Numbered from the stretch's first letter, positions 17,491 to 26,897 are shown. The stretch: 64,000 bases of DNA from an uncultured Alphaproteobacteria bacterium (GCA_902521835.1 CABYTH010000001.1:22602-86601); one strand, 5' to 3'. Numbers and translations: made by a program. Notes: generated from the sequence alone by a model not told the origin.

Positions 17491-19545
17491 ATGGTCGCTA
17501 ATCTTTATTGGTTTTTTTTCTTTCTTGTCCTTTATATAAGCTTTTGTCTTTTTTGGGGAGCTAGAACTCTTAGAAAAAATAAAACCCCTGAGGCTTACTA
17601 TTTAGCAGATAGAAGTGTATCTCCTTGGGTATTCTTTTTCTCTGCAACAGTAACTACATTTGCAGGCATAACTATCATTTCTTTTCCATCATTAATTTAT
17701 GCAGATGGATACTCTTTTCTAGCTACTGCTGCAATTGTAATAACAATTCCTCTTGGAAGTATATTATTTTTTAAAAGGCAGTGGATGTTAAGTAGAAAAT
17801 TTAATTTTATCACTCCAGGAGAGATGTATTATAAATATTATCAAAGTAATACTCTTAGAATTGTAGTACTAATAATCGGATTATTTTTTGCTGTTCCATT
17901 TCTTGGTATAATTATTGGATCAACAGGTAATGTTGTAGAGTTTATTAGCGGAGGTGAAATAACCAGAGACTCTGCAATGTGGGCACTAACTGCTGTTGTC
18001 TTATTTTATATAGTATCTGGTGGATTTAAACCCATGGTGAGTGTAAGCGTTGTTCAATCATGGTTATTTTTTGTTTTTTTCTTAGCACTTGGTGTTGGTG
18101 TATTTAATTACTTAGGAGGTTTAAGTTTTTTTGAAGACCTATCTATGGCGAACAGTTTTATGTCGTTTGGAGCTTGGGGAACTACTGGAGGTTACGGAGG
18201 CGGTGATATTTCAGGATATTTCAACGTTCCTGGTGTAATTCAGTGGGTTGCAGGTATTGGAAAAAATAACCCGTTAGGAGGCCCTTGGACAGCAGTTATG
18301 ATTTTATCCTTTACTCTCTCTTATATGGGTATTGTGCTTTCTCCTACATTTTCGATGTGGAGCTATTCAGTAAAATCACCGAGGTCATTTTATTTTTACC
18401 AAGTTTGGGGTTCAGGTGCTGTTGTTGGAATATTTTTATTTATATTCGCCCCTTTATTAGGTGTTGGAGCACATCTTCTTGGAGCTAATAGTATTGTTAA
18501 TTCAAATGGTTTTGCCATTAACCAAATATTCCCTGAGTTAAGTCTACAAAATATATCATCTTTAATTTATGTGTTTGTTGAAAGCTTTAGTAATCTCTCA
18601 CCAATTATTGTTGGATTTTTAGCAATATCTATAATTGCTGCGCTGCAATCTACATTATCTGCTTTTTTAATGACTTCAGGCAGCATGGTGGCAAGAGATC
18701 TCTATAGACCATATATCGATAGTAACCCTACATGGAAAAGGGAGTTATTAGTTGCTAGGTTAGCGATGTTGTTATTAAGCCTAGCGGCATTGTATCTTGC
18801 AACTTTTTTTGAAACTTCTCTAATATTACTTGGTGGATTAGCAATCGCTTTTGGTTTCCAATTATTTCCTGTTTTACTTGGAATGCTTTGGTTTAAATGG
18901 ATCACAAGAGGTGGGGCAATTCTAGGACTCATCACCGGATTAGGTTTTGTAACTTTAGCTGAAACTTTTGGTCATAAGCTAACAGGAAATTCTCTTCCTT
19001 GGGGGCGATGGCCACTAACAATCTACTCTGGGTTATGGGGTTTATTCTTTAATGTGATTGTATGTTTTTTATCCTCTATATTTGCAAGTAACGATACAGA
19101 TAAAGAACATCGAGCATCATTCCACAATTTTTTAAATGAACATATGGGTATTCACCCATCAAGAAAAAAAATAAAATCTCTCGCCTATGTCTTTTTTTTA
19201 ATTTGGGCATTCTTTTCTATTGGTCCAGGTTTAATTTTTGGAAACTTAATATTTGGTAGCGCGGATCAAAGTTATGATAATTGGGTGATGGGAGTCCCTT
19301 CACTATGGGCTTACCAAATAATTTGGTGGGTAGCAGGTATATTTCTAATTTGGTTTTTAGCTAATAAGATGGACTTATCGACTTTGCCAAAAAAACCTAT
19401 ACTAAATGGTGATGAATATTTGGCACCTGACGATGTTGAGGAACAAGGAAACTATATTGATAGAATGGGAGGCGGATATGGTTGGCCACTTATATTAATA
19501 GGAATGGCTGTGGCAACTGTAATACTTTCCGTTTATGCATTATGA
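17491..19545 (+). CDS. Sodium:solute symporter (SSS) family transporter
   Basis: YYLADRS, FITPGEM, AALQST, GSMVARDLYR; more than 13 TM segments. Confidence 0.88.
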   Translation: MVANLYWFFFFLVLYISFCLFWGARTLRKNKTPEAYYLADRSVSPWVFFFSATVTTFAGITIISFPSLIYADGYSFLATAAIVITIPLGSILFFKRQWMLSRKFNFITPGEMYYKYYQSNTLRIVVLIIGLFFAVPFLGIIIGSTGNVVEFISGGEITRDSAMWALTAVVLFYIVSGGFKPMVSVSVVQSWLFFVFFLALGVGVFNYLGGLSFFEDLSMANSFMSFGAWGTTGGYGGGDISGYFNVPGVIQWVAGIGKNNPLGGPWTAVMILSFTLSYMGIVLSPTFSMWSYSVKSPRSFYFYQVWGSGAVVGIFLFIFAPLLGVGAHLLGANSIVNSNGFAINQIFPELSLQNISSLIYVFVESFSNLSPIIVGFLAISIIAALQSTLSAFLMTSGSMVARDLYRPYIDSNPTWKRELLVARLAMLLLSLAALYLATFFETSLILLGGLAIAFGFQLFPVLLGMLWFKWITRGGAILGLITGLGFVTLAETFGHKLTGNSLPWGRWPLTIYSGLWGLFFNVIVCFLSSIFASNDTDKEHRASFHNFLNEHMGIHPSRKKIKSLAYVFFLIWAFFSIGPGLIFGNLIFGSADQSYDNWVMGVPSLWAYQIIWWVAGIFLIWFLANKMDLSTLPKKPILNGDEYLAPDDVEEQGNYIDRMGGGYGWPLILIGMAVATVILSVYAL

Positions 19546-19591
19546 TGATAAAGTACTTAAAATTGAGGAGGAATAAGAATTTTTCGTATTG

Positions 19592-19610
19592 TGTTTCATT
19601 ATTTGGAACA
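19592..19610. promoter_or_regulatory. Palindromic operator candidate, copy 3 (TGTTTCA-ttatt-TGGAACA), upstream of the DMFase operon
   Basis: Same 7-5-7 inverted repeat; 40 nt before ATG 19651. Confidence 0.7.
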
Positions 19611-19650
19611 AAAAACTGTGCGAAAGGTTAACTATATTTAAAATATAATT

Positions 19651-20079
19651 ATGTCTGATTACAGCTACAAGCATCCCTCAAACGTCCAATTAAATAAAGG
19701 ACATAAACACACTGATGATTTTATTACCAAAAAATACATTTTAAAAATGTTGAGAGATCCTCAAAAATTAAAATCTTTAATTGAAGAACACAGAGCAACT
19801 CCAGTTGGAAGGGCTGCTACTCGAGACCATGGTGTCATTCAGCATAGCCAAGATCTCCAAACATTATTAGATAAGTTAAGAAGAGGAAGTAAAGAAAATG
19901 GTTTTGTAACTGTTTGTTTAAGAAGACATGAAGATTATAGAGTTGGAATAACAACAGGAGTTAGAGGTGAGCCAGTTGAAATAACTGAAGACTCTTATTC
20001 ATCTGAAGAGGCATGTGAACATGCAATATTTTTAAAAAGAATTAACAGACTTCTTGAGGAGTATAGCGGGGAAGAGTAA
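19651..20079 (+). CDS. dmfA1: N,N-dimethylformamidase small (alpha) subunit-like protein
   Basis: IEEHRATPVG...HSQDLQ...YRVG...RGEP...SEEACEHAIFLKRI matches the DMFase small-subunit pattern; stop overlaps the large-subunit start (TAATG). Confidence 0.78.
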   Translation: MSDYSYKHPSNVQLNKGHKHTDDFITKKYILKMLRDPQKLKSLIEEHRATPVGRAATRDHGVIQHSQDLQTLLDKLRRGSKENGFVTVCLRRHEDYRVGITTGVRGEPVEITEDSYSSEEACEHAIFLKRINRLLEEYSGEE

Positions 20080-22433
20080 TGTTAAAAATAACAGGTTATA
20101 GCGATAAGTACTCAGCTCATCCAGGTGAAGAAGTTAAATTTTATATTAATGCAGAATACAATGATAGTTATGAAGTTCAATTAGTCCGTCTTATACACGG
20201 TGATACAAATCCTGAAGGCCCTGGGTATAAAGAAGCTGAAATAGATGCCAGTTGTAATGGAACTTATCAAGGGAAAAACCAGAGAATACATGGTGGATCG
20301 TACATCATCATGCCTCAGCATGATAATTTAAATTTAGAGAGCTTTACTATGCAAGCTTATATTTTTCCTACAACGCCAGATAAAGGTAGACAAGGAATTT
20401 TCACTAAATTTAATGAAGAAGAAAAAAAAGGCTATGGTCTCTTCATTAATGATGAGGGATGTTTATCTGTAGAAATAGGAGATGGATCTCAGGTTGTTAC
20501 TGTCTCCTCAGAAAAAAAACTTTTAAGAAAAGTTTGGTATCTGGTAATTGCAACATTTGATGCACAATCAAGAAGGCTTACCCTTCACCAAGAACCTAGG
20601 GTTACATCCACAAATGGTGGTTTAGGTATGGCTATTTTGAATCCAATTGAAGAAACCTCAGCTATTATTGAGACCACTAGTTCAGTTTTACCTGCCGCTA
20701 ATGATGCTCCATTGTTAATTGCAGCTACTACATTAAATAATAGATCTGGTAGGCACATTTCCGGAGGTCATTTTAAAGAAGTACCTCATCCCATTGAATT
20801 ACCTGAGCAAACCAAGACTTTTAATGGCAAGATAGACAGACCTAGATTATCTAATATCGCGCTATCGAAGGCTGAGATCGAAACACTTGCATCAAGCTAT
20901 GATGAGTGTAATACCACTGTCAGGTCAACAGTCGTAGGCGCTTGGGACTTTCATGCGAATATTGGCAAAAACATTGCTTCAACAAAGATTGTTGATACTT
21001 CTCCAAATAATCACCACGGATTTATTATTAATATGCCAAATAGAGGTATGACTGGACATAACTGGACAGCGGATGAAATGGTTTTCCATCACAAACCTGA
21101 AGAGTACGGAGCTATCCATTTCCATGATGATGATATCGATGATGCAAGATGGGATGTTGATTTTACATTAAAAATCCCAGAGGGTCTGAAAAGTGGTGTG
21201 TATGCTGCTCGACTTAGAGTTGATGGAAGAGAAGAGTCAGAAAATGAAGATTATATTCCTTTTTGTGTAAAACCTCCAAGAGGGACAGCCACAGCTAAAA
21301 TTTTATTTCTCTTACCCACAAACAGTTATATGGCTTACTCCAATGATAATCTTGGAACTAATTCTGTCGTAGCTCAATTACTCGCAGGTAAAGTTCCTGT
21401 GCTAGAACCTGCAGATTTATATTTAAATGAACACAGAGAATATGGTTTATCAACTTACTCACTTCACTCTGATGGACATGGTGTATCTATTTCATCAAGA
21501 CTTAGACCAATCCTTAATATGAGACCTAAATACAGACACTGGCTTTCTCCATCATTATGGCAACTAAATGCCGACTTACATTTAACAGACTGGCTTGAGG
21601 AAAAGGGCTTTGAGTTTGATGTTCTTACAGATGAAGATTTGGAACATGAAGGTATAAATTTATTAAATCGTTATAAAGTCGTGATGACTGGAAGTCACCC
21701 TGAGTATTCATCTGAGAAATATATGGACGCCTTAGAGTCCTATCAAATGCAAGGTGGTAGATGTTTTTATTTAGGTTCGGATGGATTTTACTGGATTAGT
21801 GAATATCATCCAGACAACTCCAATATTACTGAAGTACGAAAAGGTGAGGCTGGCACAAGAGCATGGACATCTAACCCAGGTGAATACAATAATGCCTTTG
21901 ATGGTAAATATGGAGGTATGTGGAGAGCTCGAGGAAGAATACCTTCTAAAGTTTGTGGTTTAACTTTTACATCATATGGATTTGACGTTTCTTCATACTA
22001 CAAAAGAGAAGAAGATAGCTTTAAACCTGAATGTTCATGGATCTTTGAAGGGATTGGAGCAGATGAGGTTATTGGTGACTTTGGTTTAGTTGGTGGAGGA
22101 GCTGCTGGTTTAGAATTAGATAGGTACGACTTAGAGTTTGGAACTCCACATAATGCATATTATTTGGCTCGTTCACAAGATCACTCTAATATGATGTTGC
22201 AAGTTAACGAGGAAATACACTTTGCTGTTCGCGGCTACTATGGCGGTGGTCATGAAAATCCAATGGTAAGAGCTGATATGATTTACTATAAAACACCTAA
22301 TAACGGAGCTATGTTTGCACCAGGGTCTTTGGCTTGGTGCGGTAGTCTTTCACATAATAATTATAATAATAATGTCTCCAGAATTATGGAAAACACTCTT
22401 AAAGGTTTTTTAAAGGACGGGCCTTTACCTTAA
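20079..22433 (+). CDS. dmfA2: N,N-dimethylformamidase large (beta) subunit family protein
   Basis: VRLIHGDTNPEGPG, LamG-like N-domain, YGAIHFHDDD, PTNSYMAYSN, GLSTYSLHSDG, GSHPEY, GGGAAGLELDR. Confidence 0.92.
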   Translation: MLKITGYSDKYSAHPGEEVKFYINAEYNDSYEVQLVRLIHGDTNPEGPGYKEAEIDASCNGTYQGKNQRIHGGSYIIMPQHDNLNLESFTMQAYIFPTTPDKGRQGIFTKFNEEEKKGYGLFINDEGCLSVEIGDGSQVVTVSSEKKLLRKVWYLVIATFDAQSRRLTLHQEPRVTSTNGGLGMAILNPIEETSAIIETTSSVLPAANDAPLLIAATTLNNRSGRHISGGHFKEVPHPIELPEQTKTFNGKIDRPRLSNIALSKAEIETLASSYDECNTTVRSTVVGAWDFHANIGKNIASTKIVDTSPNNHHGFIINMPNRGMTGHNWTADEMVFHHKPEEYGAIHFHDDDIDDARWDVDFTLKIPEGLKSGVYAARLRVDGREESENEDYIPFCVKPPRGTATAKILFLLPTNSYMAYSNDNLGTNSVVAQLLAGKVPVLEPADLYLNEHREYGLSTYSLHSDGHGVSISSRLRPILNMRPKYRHWLSPSLWQLNADLHLTDWLEEKGFEFDVLTDEDLEHEGINLLNRYKVVMTGSHPEYSSEKYMDALESYQMQGGRCFYLGSDGFYWISEYHPDNSNITEVRKGEAGTRAWTSNPGEYNNAFDGKYGGMWRARGRIPSKVCGLTFTSYGFDVSSYYKREEDSFKPECSWIFEGIGADEVIGDFGLVGGGAAGLELDRYDLEFGTPHNAYYLARSQDHSNMMLQVNEEIHFAVRGYYGGGHENPMVRADMIYYKTPNNGAMFAPGSLAWCGSLSHNNYNNNVSRIMENTLKGFLKDGPLP

Positions 22434-22436
22434 ATT

Positions 22437-22796
22437 ATGAAAAAACTAAATATGCAGGAGATCCCATGGGGAAAAGAAACACTTGGAGCTCTTGATACTC
22501 CTTTAAATGAACTAGAAAAAAAAGCACTTCAAAATTTAGACGTAGATAAATTAAATGATATGGCAGAGTGCCTTTTTGCTTTAAATAACAGGCATTATGG
22601 TCCTATACCTGGAACATATATGGTCATGTGTGTTGAACCCGGTAAGACCTGGTGTGTTGGACAGCTCAGTGCTGATAGAGCAAAACCTTTTGTTCTTTTT
22701 CCTGAACTTGTTTTCGACTCAGTTGAAAAAGCAACAAAAGCTGCCGAAGCTCTAAAGGCTGAAAAAGCTGAGGGCGTACCCTGTAGAAATATCTAA
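22437..22796 (+). CDS. Second, divergent DMFase small-subunit-like protein
   Basis: PIPGTYMVMCVEPGKTWCVGQLSADRAKPFVL...VFDSVEKA parallels the C-half of 19651..20079. Confidence 0.5.
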   Translation: MKKLNMQEIPWGKETLGALDTPLNELEKKALQNLDVDKLNDMAECLFALNNRHYGPIPGTYMVMCVEPGKTWCVGQLSADRAKPFVLFPELVFDSVEKATKAAEALKAEKAEGVPCRNI

Positions 22797-22800
22797 CGAC

Positions 22801-23076
22801 ATGGCTAAAGCCAATGTCATGATAGATAATCAAAAAACCAGAGTTACAGAGTGGTCTTTTGAAGTTGGGGACTCAACTGGTCAGCATATCCATGAATACG
22901 ATTATGTGGTAGTACCCTTGCTAGATGGGGAACTAAAAATTGTTAATCATGATGGCGAGGAAACAATTTCAAAACTAGCAAAAGGTGGATCTTACTTTAG
23001 AGAAAAGGGAGTTAACCACAATGTATTTAATAACAATGATTTTATTTACAAATTTATTGAGATAGAATTTAAATAG
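22801..23076 (+). CDS. Small cupin (BauB-like)
   Basis: RVTEWSF..G..TGQHIHEYDYVVVP...SYFREKGVNHNV cupin motifs. Confidence 0.8.
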   Translation: MAKANVMIDNQKTRVTEWSFEVGDSTGQHIHEYDYVVVPLLDGELKIVNHDGEETISKLAKGGSYFREKGVNHNVFNNNDFIYKFIEIEFK

Positions 23077-24030
23077 ATGGAAAAAAAATTAAGCGTAAGT
23101 TACAAAAAATCTGATTTGGATCAATTTGATAAAATTATTACTAATAAACAGACGGATCAAAAAGTTAAAGAATATTCCATAAAAGAAGCAATTGAAAAGT
23201 CAAAAAAAGAATATAGTCACTTGACGAACTCACAAGTTTCTACTGATATGAGACTCTATATGTTTCAGACCGGCACACTAAAAACAAAAATGAAATATAT
23301 AAAAATGAACCAATCTAATGAGGATTTTGAGATACCTGTTCCATGGTTTTTGATTAGACACCCAAAAGGGGATGTGGTAATTGACGGAGGCAATGCAAAA
23401 GAGGTTAGTGAAGATAAACATGCTCATTGGGGTTCTGTTGTTGCTGCTTATGATCCAATTATGGGAAAAACTGAAAATTGTATTGATCAACTTAACTCTA
23501 TTGGGGTTAATCCAGCAGGTATAAGATACGTCTTACATTCTCATCTTCACCTCGATCACTCAGGTGGTGTTGGAAGGTTTCCTAATGCAACACACCTAGT
23601 TCAACAAAAGGAATATGATTATGCTTTTAATCCTGATTGGTTCTCAAAGCCTGCTTATATTAGAAAAGACTTTGATAAACCTGGAATTAATTGGAAATTT
23701 TTAAGAGATAAAAATGATGACTTTTATGACTTATATGGCGACGGATCAATAATTGTAATTTTTACTCCGGGGCATGCACCGGGCCATCAGTCTTTTTTAG
23801 TTAATTTACCAAATTCAGGTTATGTATTGCTTACTATAGATGCAGCTTACACAATGGATCATTGGAACAATTTAACACTACCAGGTCTTGTTTGCTCTGC
23901 TGTTGACGTTGTTGACTCTGTAAAAAAACTCAAAAAAATTGCAAAAGACAAAAATGCTACAGTAGTCACAGGGCACGACCCGCATGCTTGGGAAGAATTT
24001 AAAAAAGCCCCAATGTTTTATTACGACTAA
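23077..24030 (+). CDS. N-acyl homoserine lactonase family metallo-beta-lactamase (AttM/AiiB-like) with ~55-aa N-terminal extension
   Basis: HSHLHLDHSG (HxHxDH), TPGHAPGHQS, IDAAY, GHD. Confidence 0.88.
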   Translation: MEKKLSVSYKKSDLDQFDKIITNKQTDQKVKEYSIKEAIEKSKKEYSHLTNSQVSTDMRLYMFQTGTLKTKMKYIKMNQSNEDFEIPVPWFLIRHPKGDVVIDGGNAKEVSEDKHAHWGSVVAAYDPIMGKTENCIDQLNSIGVNPAGIRYVLHSHLHLDHSGGVGRFPNATHLVQQKEYDYAFNPDWFSKPAYIRKDFDKPGINWKFLRDKNDDFYDLYGDGSIIVIFTPGHAPGHQSFLVNLPNSGYVLLTIDAAYTMDHWNNLTLPGLVCSAVDVVDSVKKLKKIAKDKNATVVTGHDPHAWEEFKKAPMFYYD

Positions 24031-24033
24031 TTT

Positions 24034-25341
24034 ATGTCTGATTATTTCAAAGATATACCTACAATTAAATATGAAGGTAGAGACTCTACAAATCCACTTT
24101 CATTTAAATTTTATGATGCTAATAAAAAAATTCTAGGAAAAACATTAGAGGAACATCTGAGAATGGCAGTATGTTACTGGCACACTTTTAATTGGCCAGG
24201 GGGTGACCCTTTTGGAGGACAGACATTTTTAAGACCATGGATGGAAGCAGGAGATAAAATAGAACAAGCAAAAGATAAGCTCAATAATGCATTCGAATTT
24301 TTTGAAAAATTAGGAATACCATATTTCTGTTTTCATGATGTAGATGTTGCTCCAGAGGGTGAAAGTTTTTCAGAGACAGAAAAAATTCAAAAAACTATTA
24401 TTGATGAAATTTCAAAAAAACTTGAAACAAGTAAAGTAAAACTTCTTTGGGGAACAGCAAATTTATTCAGCCATCGCAGATACATGTCTGGTGCTGCTAC
24501 TAACCCTGATCCTGATGTTTTTCAATATGCAGCTGCTCAAGTGAAGATGTGTATGGAAAACACAATGTTTTTAGGTGGACAAAATTATGTTTTATGGGGA
24601 GGCAGAGAGGGTTACGAAACAATTCTAAATACTAATATGAAACAAGAATATGATCAGCTTGGTAGATTTTTGAACATGGTAGCTGAGCATAAGCACAAAA
24701 TTGGTTTTAAGGGTCTACTCCTCATTGAGCCGAAACCCCATGAGCCAACGAAACATCAATATGATTTTGACTCTGCTAATGTTTTCGCATTTCTTCAAAA
24801 ATATGGTTTAGAAAAAGAATTCAAGTTAAATATCGAGCAAAATCACGCTATTTTAGCAAAACATTCATTCGAGCACGAGATTGCATATGCACTTTCCAAT
24901 GACATCTTTGGGAGTATTGATATTAACAGAGGAGACTACTTAGTAGGATGGGATACAGACCAATTCCCTAACAATGTAGAAGAATTAGTTTTGCCTTTTT
25001 ACTATATTTTTAAAAATGGAGGTTTTTCCTCAGGAGGTCTTAACATGGATGCTAAGATTAGAAGGCAATCAATAGATCCTGAGGATCTATTCTATGCACA
25101 TATTGGCTCTATGGATACTTGTGCTAGAACTCTTATTGCTGTTGAAAAAATGATTAATGATGGTGGTTATGAGAATTTTTTAAAACAAAGATATGAACAG
25201 TGGGCCTCTGAAAAACAACTAATGACTTCAATGTCTCTTGAAGATATTCATAAAAATGTCATTGCTAAAAATATAAACCCTCAACCAAAGTCCGGTCGCC
25301 AAGAATATCTTGAAAATCTAATAAATTCTTTTGTCGATTAA
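24034..25341 (+). CDS. xylA: Xylose isomerase (class II)
   Basis: [43 protein letters not shown]. Confidence 0.96.
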   Translation: MSDYFKDIPTIKYEGRDSTNPLSFKFYDANKKILGKTLEEHLRMAVCYWHTFNWPGGDPFGGQTFLRPWMEAGDKIEQAKDKLNNAFEFFEKLGIPYFCFHDVDVAPEGESFSETEKIQKTIIDEISKKLETSKVKLLWGTANLFSHRRYMSGAATNPDPDVFQYAAAQVKMCMENTMFLGGQNYVLWGGREGYETILNTNMKQEYDQLGRFLNMVAEHKHKIGFKGLLLIEPKPHEPTKHQYDFDSANVFAFLQKYGLEKEFKLNIEQNHAILAKHSFEHEIAYALSNDIFGSIDINRGDYLVGWDTDQFPNNVEELVLPFYYIFKNGGFSSGGLNMDAKIRRQSIDPEDLFYAHIGSMDTCARTLIAVEKMINDGGYENFLKQRYEQWASEKQLMTSMSLEDIHKNVIAKNINPQPKSGRQEYLENLINSFVD

Positions 25342-25345
25342 GTCG

Positions 25346-25951
25346 ATGAAAATTACAAAATTTCTATTTGATTTAGGTAATGTTTTTTTTGATTGGGATC
25401 CACATTATGTATTTAAAAATATCATTCCTGATCAAACTAAAAGAGAATATTTTATGAATACAATCGCATTTCCTCATCTAGATATGAGATGCGATGCTGG
25501 AGTAAAAATTAATGATGCAGTTAAAGATGCAATAAAAAATTTCCCTAATTATGAGAATGAAATAAAGCAATATTATCCAAATCATAGGAATATGGTTAAT
25601 GGGGTTTATCAAGATACAGTTGATATTTTTCGAAAAATAAAATCAAGTGGTTACCCCTGCTATGTCTTGTCAAACTGGTCAGATGAGACTTATGAGGGTA
25701 TGGAAGATCAACACCCATTCCTGAAAGAATTTGATGATAAAATTATCTCTGGTAGAGAGTTTTTAGTAAAACCAGACCCTGAAATTTATAAATTAGCGAT
25801 TTCAAGATTTAATTTAACACCTGAACAAACTCTTTTCATTGATGATCGTATTGAAAATATTGAGGCGGGGGAATCACTTGGCTTTCAAACTATTCATTTA
25901 ACCGACCCACTGACCATAAAAAGTCAAATAGCAAATCATATAATTGTTTAA
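25346..25951 (+). CDS. HAD-family phosphatase
   Basis: FLFDLGNV motif I, LSNW, KPDPEIY, FIDD. Confidence 0.85.
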   Translation: MKITKFLFDLGNVFFDWDPHYVFKNIIPDQTKREYFMNTIAFPHLDMRCDAGVKINDAVKDAIKNFPNYENEIKQYYPNHRNMVNGVYQDTVDIFRKIKSSGYPCYVLSNWSDETYEGMEDQHPFLKEFDDKIISGREFLVKPDPEIYKLAISRFNLTPEQTLFIDDRIENIEAGESLGFQTIHLTDPLTIKSQIANHIIV

Positions 25952-26897
25952 ATTAGACAATAAAATAGGCCTAGGATTGGCTTCTCTTGGGAGGCCCGGA
26001 TATATAAACATTGGTCATAGTTCAGATTTAGGCAGCAACATATCAAAAAATTCTATGAGATCTCATTGTCACGAAGTACTTAGTCATGCTTACAAGAGAG
26101 GTATTCGATATTTCGATGCGGCAAGGGTATATGGAGATGCTGAGGAATTTTTATCTAGTTGGATTAGAGCTCAAAAACAATTTGATGGTTTTGTGGGGTC
26201 TAAGTGGGGCTATGAATATTTAGCAAATTGGGAAGTTCAGGCAGATCAACATGAAAGAAAAGATCACTCAGTTGAATTTTTAAAACAACAATGGGTGGAG
26301 ACAAGACTTAATTTAGGAAAAAGTATTGATCTATATCACATTCATTCTGTCAATTCAGAAAGTAAAGTCTTAGATGATATTAATGTTCTAAAGGAACTTG
26401 AGACAATAAAAAAAAATGGAATAGAAATAGGAATCTCAACAAGTGGCCCAGATCAAGAGAAAACTATTAATGACCTTTTAATTAAGAATGAAAAACTTAA
26501 TCTATTTTCTTATTTACAAACGACCATTAATATCTTTGACCAATCTTGTATTTCCATTTTAAAAGAAGTATCTGAAAAAAAGATCAATGTAATTGCAAAA
26601 GAGATTTTCTCAAATGGAAGACTAACTAATTCAAATAGAGAATTTCATCAAAACAAAATTAAAGAATTAAAGTCAGTTGCCTCATCTATGGATTTAACTT
26701 TGGAGCAATTGTCTTATCTTTGGGTTTATCAACTACCGTTTGTTAAAATTTGCCTAACAGGAGCATCAACAATCAAACAGTTAGATGAAAATTTAAGTTG
26801 TCTTGAAAAAATAGATACCGAATTGCCCTCTCTTGAGTCTTTTAGTTTGTCCACTCAAGATTATTGGGATACACGTAAAAAACTTAGTTGGAATTAA
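25944..26897 (+). CDS. Aldo/keto reductase
   Basis: GLGLASLGRPGYIN, GIRYFDAARVYG, GSKWGY, DLYHIHS, LTGAST. Confidence 0.85.
   Translation: MFKLDNKIGLGLASLGRPGYINIGHSSDLGSNISKNSMRSHCHEVLSHAYKRGIRYFDAARVYGDAEEFLSSWIRAQKQFDGFVGSKWGYEYLANWEVQADQHERKDHSVEFLKQQWVETRLNLGKSIDLYHIHSVNSESKVLDDINVLKELETIKKNGIEIGISTSGPDQEKTINDLLIKNEKLNLFSYLQTTINIFDQSCISILKEVSEKKINVIAKEIFSNGRLTNSNREFHQNKIKELKSVASSMDLTLEQLSYLWVYQLPFVKICLTGASTIKQLDENLSCLEKIDTELPSLESFSLSTQDYWDTRKKLSWN

Noticed and set aside
1-24030. Encapsulin or BMC shell gene explaining the terminal tags
   Set aside because: No ORF in the window resembles an encapsulin or BMC shell protein; flotillin is the only cage-forming candidate. A shell gene elsewhere in the genome cannot be excluded.
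23077-24030. Quorum-quenching function for the AHL-lactonase-family gene
   Set aside because: Family membership alone does not show AHL specificity, and the catabolic operon context favours a metabolic lactonase.
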